Source: the human T2T-CHM13v2.0 reference genome, Homo sapiens
NCBI RefSeq assembly: GCF_009914755.1
Contig: NC_060936.1
Length of the DNA stretch: 64,000 bases
Strand: one strand, 5' to 3'
Positions 1-12,567 of the stretch are shown in pieces (the first letter of the stretch is position 1; every line of letters begins with the position of its first letter). The notes beneath the pieces were generated by a model. It was not told the DNA's origin. It did not search any database and saw nothing but the letters and a program-made list of their open reading frames with translations. Position numbers and translations under genes: made by a program.

Positions 1-1018
1 CACTTGCAGACTTTACAAAGACAGTGTCTCCAAACTCCTCCATCAAAAGAAAAGTTATACTCTGTGAATTGAACGCACACATCACAAAGTAGTTTCTGAG
101 AATGATTCTGTCTGGTTTTTATACGAAGATATTTCCTTTTCTACAATTGGCCTGAAAGTGCTTGAAATCTCCACCTGCAAATATCACAAAAAGAGGGTTT
201 CACATCTGCTCTGTCTAAAGGACAGTTCACCTCTGTGAGTTGAATAGAGGCAACACAAAGAACTTACTCAGTATTCTTCTTTCTAGCGTTCTATGAAGAA
301 ATCCCGTTTCCAACGAAGGCCTCAAAGAGGTCCAAATATCTGCTTGCAGACTTTACAGACAGAGTGTTTCCAAACTACTCTATGAAAAGAAAGCTTAAAC
401 TCCTTGAGTTGAACGCACACATCACAAAATAGTTTCTGAGAATGATTCTGTCTTGTTTTTATACGAAGATAATTCCGTTTCTACGATTGGCCTCAAACGA
501 TTGAAATCTCCAACTGGAAACTGCACAAATAGGGTATTTCAAATCTGCTCTGTCTAAAGGAAGGTTCAACTCTGTGAGTTGAATACACACACCACAAATA
601 AGTTACTGAGAATTCTTCTGTCGAACATTACATGAAGAAATCCCGTTTCTAACGAAGGCCTCAAAGAGGTCCAAATATCCACTTGCAGACATTACAAACA
701 GAGTGTTTCTAAACTGCTCCATCAAAGGAAAGGTTAAACTCTGTGAGCTGAACACACACATCAAAAAGAAGTTTCTGTGAATGATTCTGTCTAGATTTTA
801 TAAGAAAATGTTTCCTTTTCTACTGTAGGCCTCAAAGCGCTTGAAATCTCCAGCTGCAAATTCCACAAACAGGGTGTTTAACATCTGCTCTTCTAAAGGA
901 AAGTTCAACTCTATGAGTTGAATACACACAGCACAAAGAAGTTACTGAGATTTCTCCTATCAAACATTATATGAAGAAATCCCGTTTCCAAAGAAGGCCT
1001 CAAAGAGGTCCAAATATA
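1..1018 (-). repeat. 6-mer HOR variant A-B-C (D dimer missing)
   Basis: A dimer (ctttacaaagacagtgtctcc) at 1 and again at 1019, directly after the C dimer end (ctatcaaacattatatgaagaaatccc). Confidence 0.85.
302..318 (-). promoter_or_regulatory. CENP-B box (first of roughly 188 box positions, one per ~340-bp dimer across the window)
   Basis: Plus-strand TCCCGTTTCCAACGAAG is CTTCGTTGGAAACGGGA on the minus strand, matching the 17-bp consensus with core nTTCGnnnnAnnCGGGn. The count is estimated as window length divided by dimer length. Confidence 0.96.
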
Positions 1019-2377
1019 CACTTGCAGACTTTACAAAGACAGTGTCTCCAAACTCCTCCATCAAAAGAAAGGTTATACTCTGTGAATTGAACGCACACAT
1101 CACAAAGTAGTTTCTGAGAATGATTCTGTCTGGTTTTTATACGAAGATATTTCCTTGTCTACATTTGGCCTAAAATCGCTTGAAATCTCCACCTGCAAAT
1201 ATCACAAAAAGAGGGTTTCACATCTGCTCTGTCTAAAGGACAGTTCACCTCTGTGAGTTGAATAGAGGCAACACAAAGAACTTACTCAGTATTCTTCTTT
1301 CTAGTGTTCTATGAAGAAACCCCGTTTCCAACGAAGGCCTCAAAGAGGTCCAAATATCAGCTTGCAGACTTTACAGACAGAGTGTTTCCAAACTACTCTA
1401 TGAAAAGAAAGCTTAAACTCCTTGAGTTGAACGCACACATCACAAAGTAGTTTCTGAGAATGATTCTGTCTTGTTTTTATATGAAGATATTTCCGTTTCT
1501 ATGATTGGCCCCAAAGCGATTGAAATCTCCAACTGGAAACTGCACAAATAGGGTGTTTCAAATCTGCTCTGTCTAAAGGAAGGTTCAACTCTGTGAGTTG
1601 AATACACACACCACAAAGAAGTTACTGAGAATTCTTCTGTCCAACATTACATGAAGAAATCCCGTTTCCAATGAAGGCCTCAAAGAGGTCCAAATATCCC
1701 CTTGCAGACATTACAAACAGAGTGTTTCCAAACTGCTCCATCAAAAGAAAGGTTAAACTCTGTGAGCTGAACACACACATCAAAAGGAAGTTTCTGTGAA
1801 TGATTCTGTCTAGATTGTATAAGAAGATGTTTCCTTTTCTACCGTAGGCCTCAAAGCGCTTGAAATCTCCAGCTGCAAATTCCACCAAAAGGGTGTTTAA
1901 CATCTGCTCTTCTAAAGGAAAGTTCAACTCTATGAGTTGAATACACACAGCACAAAGAAGTTACTAAGACTTCTCTTATCAAACATTATATGAAGAAATC
2001 CCGTTTCCAACGAAGGCCTCAAAGAGGTCCAAATATCTGCTTGCAGACTTTACAGACAGATTGTTTCAAAACTGCTCCATCAAAAGAAAGGTTAAACTCC
2101 TTGAGTTGAACACACACATCACAAAGTAGTTTCTGTGAATGATTCTGTCTAGTTTTTATACGAAGATGTTTCCTTTTCTACCTTTGGTCTCAAAGCGATT
2201 GAAATCTCCACATGGAAACTCCACAAAAAGAGTGTTTCAAATCTGCTCTTTCTGAAGGAAGGTTCAACTCTGTGAGTTGAATACACACACCACAAATAAG
2301 TTACTGAGAATTCTTCTGTGTAACATTATATGAGGAAATCCCGTTTCCAACGAAGGCCTCAAAGAGGTCCAAATATC

Positions 2378-4075
2378 CACTTGCAGACTTTACAAAGTCA
2401 GTGTCTCCAAACTCCTCCATCAAAAGAAAGGTTATACTCTGTGAATTGAAGGCACACATCACAAAGTAGTTTCTGAGAATGATTCTGTCTAGTTTTTATA
2501 CGAAGATATTTCCTTTTCTACATTTGGCCTAAAAGCGCTTGAAATCTCCACCTGCAAATATCACAAAAAGAGGGTTTCACATCTGCTCTGTCTAAAGGAC
2601 AGTTCACCTCTGTGAGTTGAATAGAGGCAACACAAAGAACTTACTCAGTATTCTTCTTCCTAGCGTTACATGAAGAAATCCCGTTTCCAACGAAGGCCTC
2701 AAAGAGGTCCAAACATCTGCTTGCAGACTTTACAGACAGAGTGTTTCCAAACTACTCTATGAAAAGAAAGCTTAAACTCCTTGAGTTGAACGCACACATC
2801 ACAAAATAGTTTCTGAGAATGATTCTGTCTTGTTTTTATACGAAGATATTTCCGTTTCTACGATTGGCCTCAAAGCGATTGAAATCTCCAACTGGAAACT
2901 GCACAAATAGGGTGTTTCAAATCTGCTCTGTCTAAAGGAAGGTTCAACTCTGTGAGTTGAATACACACACCACAAATAAGTTACTGAGAATTCTTCTGTC
3001 GAACATTACATGAAGAAATCCCGTTTCCAACGAAGGCCTCAAAGAGGTCCAAATATCCACTTGCAGACATTACAAACAGAGTGTTTCCAAACTGCTCCAT
3101 CAAAGGAAAGGTTAAACTCTGTGAGCTGAACACACACATCAAAAAGAAGTTTCTGTGAATGATTCTGTCTAGATTTTATAAGAAGATGTTTCCTTTTCTA
3201 CCGTAGGCCTCAAAGCGCTTGAAATCTCCAGCTGCAAATTCCACAAAAAGGGTGTTTAACATCTACTCTTCTAAAGGAAAGTCCAACTCTATGAGTTGAA
3301 TACACACAGCAAAAAGAAGTTACTGAGACTTCTCCTATCAAACATTATATGAAGAAATCCCGTTTCCAAAGAAGGCCTCAAAGAGGTCCAAATATCCACT
3401 TGCAGACGTGACAAACAGAGTGTTTCCAAACTGCTCCATCAAAGGAAAGGTTAAACTCTGTGACCTGAACACACACATCAAAAAGAAGTTTCTGTGAATG
3501 ATTCTGTCTAGATTTTATAAGAAGATGTTTCCTTTTCTACCGTAGGCCTCAAAGCGCTTGAAATCTCCAGCTGCAAATTCCACAAAAAGGGTGTTTAACA
3601 TCTGCTCTTCTAAAGGAAAGTTCAACTCTATGAGTTGAATACACACAGCACAAAGAAGTTACTGAGACTTCTCCTATCAAACATTATATGAAGAAATCCC
3701 GTTTCCAACGAAGGCCTCAAAGAGGTCCAAATATCTGCTTGCAGACTTTACAGACAGAGTTTTTCCAAACTGCTCCATCAAAAGAAAGGTTAAACTCCTT
3801 TAGTTGAACACACACATCACAAAGTAGTTTCTGTGAATGATTCTGTCTAGTTTTTATACGAAGATGTTTCCTTTTCTACCTTTGGTCTCAAAGCGATTGA
3901 AATCTCCACATGGAAACTCCACAAAAAGAGTGTTTCAAATCTGCTCTTTCTGAAGGAAGGTTCAACTCTGTGAGTTGAATACACACACCACAAATAAGTT
4001 ACTGAGAATTCTTCTGTGTAACATTATATGAGGAAATCCCGTTTCCAACGAAGGCCACAAAGATGTCCAAATATC
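2378..4075 (-). repeat. 10-mer HOR variant A-B-C-(D'/C hybrid)-D
   Basis: The dimer at ~3397 begins gacgtgacaaac (D'-type) but continues as C (aaaaagaagttt, tagattttataag, ctaccgtagg, ccagctgc). Confidence 0.8.
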
Positions 4076-5773
4076 CACTTGCAGACTTTACAAAGACAGT
4101 GTCTCCAAACTCCTCCATCAAAAGAAAGGTTATCCTCTGTGAATTGAACGCACACATCACAAAGTAGTTTCTGAGAATGATTCTGTCTAGTTTTTATTCG
4201 AAGATATTTCCTTTTCTACATTTGGCCTAAAAGCGCTTGAAATCTCCACCTGCAAATATCACAAAAAGAGTGTTTCACATCTGCTCTGTCTAAAGGACAG
4301 TTCACCTCTGTGAGTTGAATAGAGGCAACAAAAGAACTTACTCAGTATTCATCTTTCTAGCGTTCTATGAAGAAATCCCGTTTCCAACGAAGGCCCCAAA
4401 GAGGTCCAAATATCTGCTTGCAGACTTTACAGACAGAGTGTTTCCAAACTACTCTATGAAAAGAAAGCTTAAACTCCTTGAGTTGAACGCACACATCACA
4501 AAGTAGTTTCTGAGAATGATTCTGTCTAGTTTTTATACGAAGATATTTCCGTTTCTATGATTGGCCTCAAAGCGATTGAAATCTCCAACTGGAAACTGCA
4601 CAAATAGGGTGTTTCAAATCTGCTCTGTCTAAAGGAAGGTTCAACTCTGTGAGTTGAATACACACACCACAAATAAGTTACTGAGAATTCTTCTGTCGAA
4701 CATTACATGAAGAAATCCCGTTTCCAACGAAGGCCTCAAAGAGGTCCAAATATCCACTTGCAGACGTGACAAACAGAGTGTTTCCAAACTGCTCCATCAA
4801 AAGAAAGGTTAAACTCTGTGAGTTGAACACACACATCTCAAAGTAGTTTCTGTGAATGATTCTGTCTAGTTTTTATACGAAGACGTTTCCTTTTCTACCT
4901 CTGGTCTCAAAACGATTGAAATCTCCACATGGAACCTCCACAAAAAGAGTGTTTCAAATCTCCTCTTTCTAAAGGAAGGTTCATCTCTGTGAGTTGAATA
5001 GACACACCACAAATAAGTAACTGAGAATTCTTCTGTGTAACATATTATGAGGAAATCCCGTTTCCAACGAAGGCCTCAAAGAGGTCCAAATATCCACTTG
5101 CAGACATTACAAACAGAGTGTTTCCAAACTGCTCCATCAAAGGAAAGGTTAAACTCTGTGAGCTGAACACACACATCAAAAAGAAGTTTCTGTGAATGAT
5201 TCTGTCTAGATTTTATAAGAAGATGTTTCCTTTTCTACCGTAGGCCTCAAAGCGCTTGAAATCTCCAGCTGCAAATTCCACAAAAAGGGTGTTTAACATC
5301 TGCTCTTCTAAAGGAAAGTTCAACTCTAAGAGTTGAATACACACAGCACAAAGAAGTTATTGAGACTTCTCCTATCAAACATTATATGAAGAAATCCCGT
5401 TTCCAACGAAGGCCTCAAAGAGGTCCAAATATCTGCTTGCAGACTTTACAGACAGAGTGTTTCCAAACTGCTCCATCAAAAGAAAGTTTAAACTCCTTGA
5501 GTTGAACACACACATCACAAAGTAGTTTCTGTGAATGATTCTGTCTAGTTTTTATACGAAGATGTTTCCTTTTCTACCTTTGGTCTCAAAGCGATTGAAA
5601 TCTCCACATGGAAACTCCACAAAAAGAGAGTTTCAAATCTGCTCTTTCTGAAGGAAGGTTCAACTCTGTGAGTTGAATACACACACCACAAATAAGTTAC
5701 TGAGAATTCTTCTGTGTAACATTATATGAGGAAATCCCGTTTCCAACGAAGGCCTCAAAGAGGTCCAAATATC
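4076..5773 (-). repeat. 10-mer HOR variant A-B-D'-C-D
   Basis: An extra D' dimer at ~4756 (gacgtgac...ctacctctggtctc...ccacatgg) lies between B and C. Confidence 0.8.
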
Positions 5774-8700
5774 CACTTGCAGACTTTACAAAGACAGTGT
5801 CTCCAAACTCCTCCATCAAAAGAAAGGTTATACTCTGTGAATTGAACGCACACATCACAAAGTAGTTTCTGAGAATGATTCTGTCTGGTTTTTATACGAA
5901 GATATTTCCTTTTCTACATTTGGCCTAAAAGCACTTGAAATCTCCACCTGCAAATATCCCAAAAAGAGGTTTTCACATCTGCTCTGTCTAAAGGACAGTT
6001 CGCCTCTGTGAGTTGAATAGAGGCAACACAAAGAACTTACTCAGTATTCTTCTTTCTAGCGTTCTATGAAGAAATCCCGTTTCCAACGAAGGCCTCAAAG
6101 AGGTCCAAATATCTGCTTGCAGACTTTACAGACAGAGTGTTTCCAAACTACTCTATGAAAAGAAAGCTTAAACTCCTTGAGTTGAACGCACACATCACAA
6201 AATAGTTTCTGAGAATGATTCTGTCTTGTTTTTAAAGGAAGATAGTTCCGTTTCTACGATTGGCCTCAAAGCGATTGAAATCTCCAACTGGAAACTGCAC
6301 AAATAGGGTGTTTCAAATCTGCTCTGTCTAAAGGAAGTTCAACTGTGTGAGTTGAATACATACACCACAAATAAGTTACTGAGAATTCTTCTGTCGAACA
6401 TTACATGACGAAATCCCGTTTCCAACGAAGGCCTCAAAGAGGTCCAAATATCCACTTGCAGACATTACAAACAGAGTGTTTCCAAACTGCTCCATCAAAA
6501 GAAAGGTTAAACTCTGTGAGCTGAACACACACATCAAAAAGAAGTTTCTGTGAATGATTCTCTCTAGATTTTATAAGAAGATGTTTCCTTTTCTACCGTA
6601 GGCCTCAAAGCGCTTGAAATCTCCAGCTGCAAATTCCACAAAAAGGGTGTTTAACATCTGCTCTTCTAAAGGAAAGTTCAACTCTATGAGTTGAATACAC
6701 ACAGCACAAAGAAGTTACTGAGACTTCTCCTATCAAACATTATATGAAGAAATCCCGTTTCCAACGAAGGCCTCAAAGAGGTCCAAATATCCACTTGCAG
6801 ACGTGACAAACAGAGTGTTTCCAAACTGCTCCATCAAAAGAAAGGTTAAACTCTGTGAGTTGAAAACACACATCTCAAAGTAGTTTCTGTGAATGATTCT
6901 GTCTAGTTTTTATACGAAGATGTTTCCTTTTCTACCTTTGGTCTCAATGCGATTGAAATCTCCACGTGGAAAGTCCACAAAAACAGTGTTTCAAATCTGC
7001 TCTTTCTGAAGGAAGGTTCAACTCTGTGAGTTGAATACACACACCACAAATAAGTTACTGAGAATTCTTCTGTGTAACATTATATGAGGAAATCCCGTTT
7101 CCAACGAAGGCCTCAAAGAGGTCCAAATATCCACTTGCAGACTTTACAAAGACAGTGTCTCCAAACTCCTCCATCAAAAGAAAGGTTATACTCTGTGAAT
7201 TGAACGCACACATCACAAAGTAGTTTCTGAGAATGATTCTGTCTAGTTTTTATACGAAGATATTTCCTTTTCTACACTTGGCCTAAAAGCGCTTGAAATC
7301 TCCAACTGCAAATATCACAAAAAGAGGGTTTCACATCTGCTCTGTCTAAAGGACAGTTCACCTCTGTGAGTTGAATAGAGGGAACACAAAGAACTTACTC
7401 AGTATTCTTCTTTCTAGCGTTGTATGAAGAAATCCCGTTTCCAACGAAGGCCTCAAAGAGGTCCAAATATCTGCTTGCAGACTTTACAGACAGAGTGTTT
7501 CCAAACTACTCTATGAAAAGAAAGCTTAAAGTCCTTGAGTTGAACGCACACATCACAAAGTAGTTTCTGAGAATGATTCTGTCTAGTTTTTATACGAAGA
7601 TGTTTCCTTTTCTACATTTGGTCTCCAAGCGATTGAAATCTCCAACTGGAAACTGCACAAATAGGGTGTTTCAAATCTGCTCTGTCTAAAGGAAGGTTCA
7701 ACTCTGTGAGTTGAATACACACACCACAAATAAGTTACTGAGAATTCTTCTGTCGAACATTACATGAAGAAATCCCGTTTCCAACGAAGGCCTCAAAGAG
7801 GTCCAAATATCCACTTGCAGACATTACAAACAGAGTGTTTCCAAACTGCTCCATCAAAGGAAAGGTTAAACTCTGTGAGCTGAACACACACATCAAAAAG
7901 AAGTTTCTGTGAATGATTCTGTCTAGATTTTATAAGAAGATGTTTCCTTTTCTACCGTAGGCCTCAAAGCGCTTGAAATCTCCAGCTGCAAATTCCACAA
8001 AAAGGGTGTTTAACATCTACTCTTCTAAAGGAAAGTCCAACTCTATGAGTTGAATACACACAGCAAAAAGAAGTTACTGAGACTTCTCCTATCAAACATT
8101 ATATGAAGAAATCCCGTTTCCAACGAAGGCCTCAAAGAGGTCCAAATATCTGCTTGCAGACTTTACAGACAGAGTGTTTCCAAACTGCTCCATCAAAAGA
8201 AAGGTTAAACTCCTTGAGTTGAACACACACATCACAAAGTAGTTTCTGTGAATGATTCTGTCTAGTTTTTATACGAAGATGTTTCCTTTTCTACCTTTGG
8301 TCTCAAAGCGATTGAAATCTCCACATGGAAACTCCACAAAAAGAGTGTTTCAAATCTGCTCTTTCTGAAGGAAGGTTCAACTCTGTGAGTTGAATACACA
8401 CACCACAAATAAGTTACTGAGAATTCTTCTGTGTAACATTATATGAGGAAATCCCGTTTCCAACGAAGGCCTCAAAGAGGTCCAAATATCCACTTGCAGA
8501 CTTTACGAAGACAGTGTCTCCAAACGCCTCCATCAAAAGAAAGGTTATACTCTGTGAATTGAACGCACACATCACAAAGCAGTTTCTGAGAATGATTCTG
8601 TCTAGTTTTTATACGAAGATATTTCCTTTTCTACATTTGGCCTAAAAGCGCTTGAAATCTCCACCTGCAAATATCACAAAAAGAGGGTTTCACATCTGCT

Positions 8701-11700
8701 CTGTCTGAAGGACAGTTCACCTCTGTGAGTTGAATAGAGGCAACACAAAGAACTTACTCAGTATTCTTCTTTCTAGCGTTCTATGAAGAAATCCCATTTC
8801 CAATGAAGGCCTCAAAGAGGTCCAAATATCTGCTTGCAGACTTTACAGACAGAGTGTTTCCAAACTACTCTATGAAAAGAAAGCTTAAACTCCTTGAGTT
8901 GAACGCACACATCACAAAGTAGTTTCTGAGAATGATTCTGTCTAGTTTTTATACGAAGATGTTTCCTTTTCTACATTTGGTCTCAAAGCGATTGAAATCT
9001 ACACCTGGAAACTGCACAAATAGGGTGTTTCAAATCTGCTCTGTCTAAAGGACGGTTCAACTCTGTGAGTTGAATACACACACCACAAATAAGTTACTGA
9101 GAATTCTTCTGTCGAACATTACATGAAGAAATCCCGTTTCCAACGAAGGCCTCAAAGAAGTCCAAATATCCACTTGCAGACATTACAAACAGAGTGTTTC
9201 CAAACTGCTCCATCAAAAGAAAGGTTAAACTCTGTGAGCTGAACACACACATCAAAAAGAAGTTTCTGTGAATGATTCTGTCTAGATTTTATAAGAAGAT
9301 GTTTCCTTTTCTACCGTAGGCCTCAAAGCGCTTGAAATCTCCGGCTGCAAATTCCACAAAAAGGGTGTTTAACATGTGCTCTTCTAAAGGAAAGTTCAAC
9401 TCTATGAGTTGAATACACACAGCACAAAGAAGTTACTGAGACTTCTCCTATCAAACATTATATGAAGAAATCCCGTTTCCAACGAAGGCCTCAAAGAGGT
9501 CCAAATATCTGCTTGCAGACTTTACAGACAGAGTGTTTCCAAACTGCTCCATCAAAAGAAAGGTTAAACTCCTTGAGTTGAACACACACATCACAAAGCA
9601 GTTTCTGTGAATGATTCTGTCTAGTTTTTATACGAAGATGTTTCCTTTTCTAACTTTGGTCTCAAAGCGATTGAAATCTCCACATGGAAACTCCACAAAA
9701 AGAGTGTTTCAAATCTGCTCTTTCTGAAGGAAGGTTCAACTCTGTGAGTTGAATACACACACCACAAATAAGTTACTGAGAATTCTTCTGTGTAACATTA
9801 TATGAGGAAATCCCCTTTCCAACGAAGTCCTCAAAGACGTCCAAATATCCACTTGCAGACTTTACAAAGACAGTGTCTCCAAACTCCTCCATCAAAAGAA
9901 AGCTTATACTCTGTGAATTGAACGCACACATCACAAAGTAGTTTCTGAGAATGATTCTGTCTAGTTTTTATACGAAGATATTTCCTTTTCTACATTTGGC
10001 CTAAAAGCGCTTGAAATCTCCACCTGCAAATATCACAAAAAGAGGTTTTCACATCTGCTCTGTCTAAAGGACAGTTCACCTCTGTGAGTTGAATAGAGGC
10101 AACACAAAGAACTTACTCAGTATTCTTCTTTCTAGCGTTATATGAAGAAATCCCGTTTCCAATGAAGGCCTCAAAGAGGTCCAAATATCTGCTTGCAGAC
10201 TTTACAGACAGAGTGTTTCCAAACTACTCTATGAAAAGAAAGCTTAAACTCCTTGAGTTGAACGCACACATCACAAAGTAGTTTCTGAGAATGATTCTGT
10301 CTAGTTTTTATACGAAGATGATTCCTTTTCTACATTTGGTCTCAAAGCGATTGAAATCTCCAACTGGAAACTGCACAAATAGGGTGTTTCAAATCTGCTC
10401 TGTCTAAAGGAAGGTTCAACTCTGTGAGTTGAATACACACACCACAAATAAGTTACTGAGAATTCTTCTGTCGAACATTACATGAAGAAATCCCGTTTCC
10501 AACGAAGGCCTCAAAGAGGTCCAAATGTCCACTTGCAGACATTACAAACAGTGTGTTTCCAAACTGCTCCATCAAAAGAAAGGTTAAACTCTGTGAGCTG
10601 AACACACACATCAAAAAGAAGTTTCTGTGAATGATTCTGTCTAGATTTTATAAGAAGATGTTTCCTTTTCTACCGTAGGCCTCAAAGCGCTTGAAATCTC
10701 TGGTTGCAAATTCCACAAAAAGGGTGTTTAACATGTGCTCTTCTAAAGGAAAGTTCAACTCTATGAGTTGAATACACACAGCACAAAGAAGTTACTGAGA
10801 CTTCTCCTATCAAACATTATATGAAGAAATCCCGTTTCCAACGAAGGCCTCAAAGAGGTCCAAATATCTGCTTGCAGACTTTACAGACAGAGTGTTTCCA
10901 TACTGCTCCATCAAAAGAAAGGTTAAACTCCTTGAGTTGAACACACACATCACAAAGTAGTTTCTGTGAATGATTCTGTCTAGTTTTTATACGAAGATGT
11001 TTCCTTTTCTACCTTTGGTCTCAAAGCGATTGAAATCTCCACATGGAAACTCCACAAAAAGAGTGTTACAAATCTGCTCTTTCTGAAGGAAGGTTCAACT
11101 CTGTGAGTTGAATACACACACCACAAATAAGTTACTGAGAATTCTTCTGTGTAACATTATATGAGGAAATCCCGTTTCCAACGAAGGCCTCAAAGAGATC
11201 CAAATATCCACTTGCAGACTTTACAAAGACAGTGTCTCCAAACTCCTCCATCAAAAGAAAGGTTATACTCTGTGAATTGAACGCACACATCACAAAGTAG
11301 TTTCTGAGAATGATTCTATCTAGTTTTTATACGAAGATATTTCCTTTTCTACATTTGGCCTAAAAGCGCTTGAAATCTCCTCCTGCAAATATCACAAAAA
11401 GAAGGTTTCACATCTGCTCTCTCTAAAGGACAGTTCACCTCTGTGAGTTGAATAGAGGCAACACAAAGAATTTACTCAGTATTCTTCTTTCTAGCGTTCT
11501 ATGAAGAAATCCCGTTTCCAACGAAGGCCTCAAAGAGGTCCAAATATCTGCTTGCAGACTTTACAGACAGAGTGTTTCCAAACTACTCTATGAAAAGAAA
11601 GCTTAAACTCCTTGAGTTGAACGCACACATCACAAAGTAGTTTCTGAGAATGATTCTGTCTTGTTTTTATACGAAGATATTTCCGTTTCTATGATTGGCC

Positions 11701-12567
11701 TCCAAGCGATTGAAATCTCCAACTGGAAACTGCACAAATAGGCTGTTTCAAATCTGCTCTGTCTAAAGGAAGGTTCAACTCTGTGAGGTGAATACACACA
11801 CCACAAATAAGTTACTGAGAATTCTTCTGTCGAACATTACATGAAGAAATCCCGTTTCCAACGAAGGCCTCAAAGAGGTCCAAATATCCACTTGCAGACA
11901 TTTCAAACAGAGTGTTTCCAAACTGCTCCATCAAAAGAAAGGTTAAACTCTGTGAGCTGAACACACACATCAAAAAGAAGTTTCTGTGAATGATTCCATC
12001 TAGACTTTAGAAGAAGATGTTTCCTTTTCTACCGTAGGCCTCAAAGCGCTTGAAATCTACAGCTGCAAATTCCACAAAAAGTGTGTTTAACATCTGCTCT
12101 TCTTAAGGAAAGTTCAACTCCATGAGTTGAATACAGACAGCACAAATAAGTTACTGAGACTTCTCCTATCAAACATTATATGAAGAAAACCCGTTTCCAA
12201 CGAAGGCCTCAAAGAGGTCCAAATATCCACTTGCAGACGTGACAAACAGAGTGTTTCCAAACTGCTCCATCCAAAGAAAGGTTAAACTCTGTGAGTTGAA
12301 CACACACATCACAAAGTAGTTTCTGTGAATGATTCTGTCTAGTTTTTATACGAAGATGTTTCCTTTTCTACCTTTGGTCTCAAAGCCATTGAAATCTCCC
12401 CATGGAAACTCGACAAAAAGAGTGTTTCAAATCTGCTCTTTCTGAAGGAAGGTTCAACTTTGTGAGTTGAATACACACACCACAAGTAAGTTACTGAGAA
12501 TTCTTTTGTGTAACATTACAGGAGGAAATCCCGTTTCCAACGAAGGCCTCAAAGAGGTCCAAATATC
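5774..12567 (-). repeat. Five consecutive, moderately diverged 8-mer HORs
   Basis: A starts at ~5774, 7132, 8491, 9850 and 11209, each with private substitutions and a mix of B and D dimer alleles. Confidence 0.88.
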
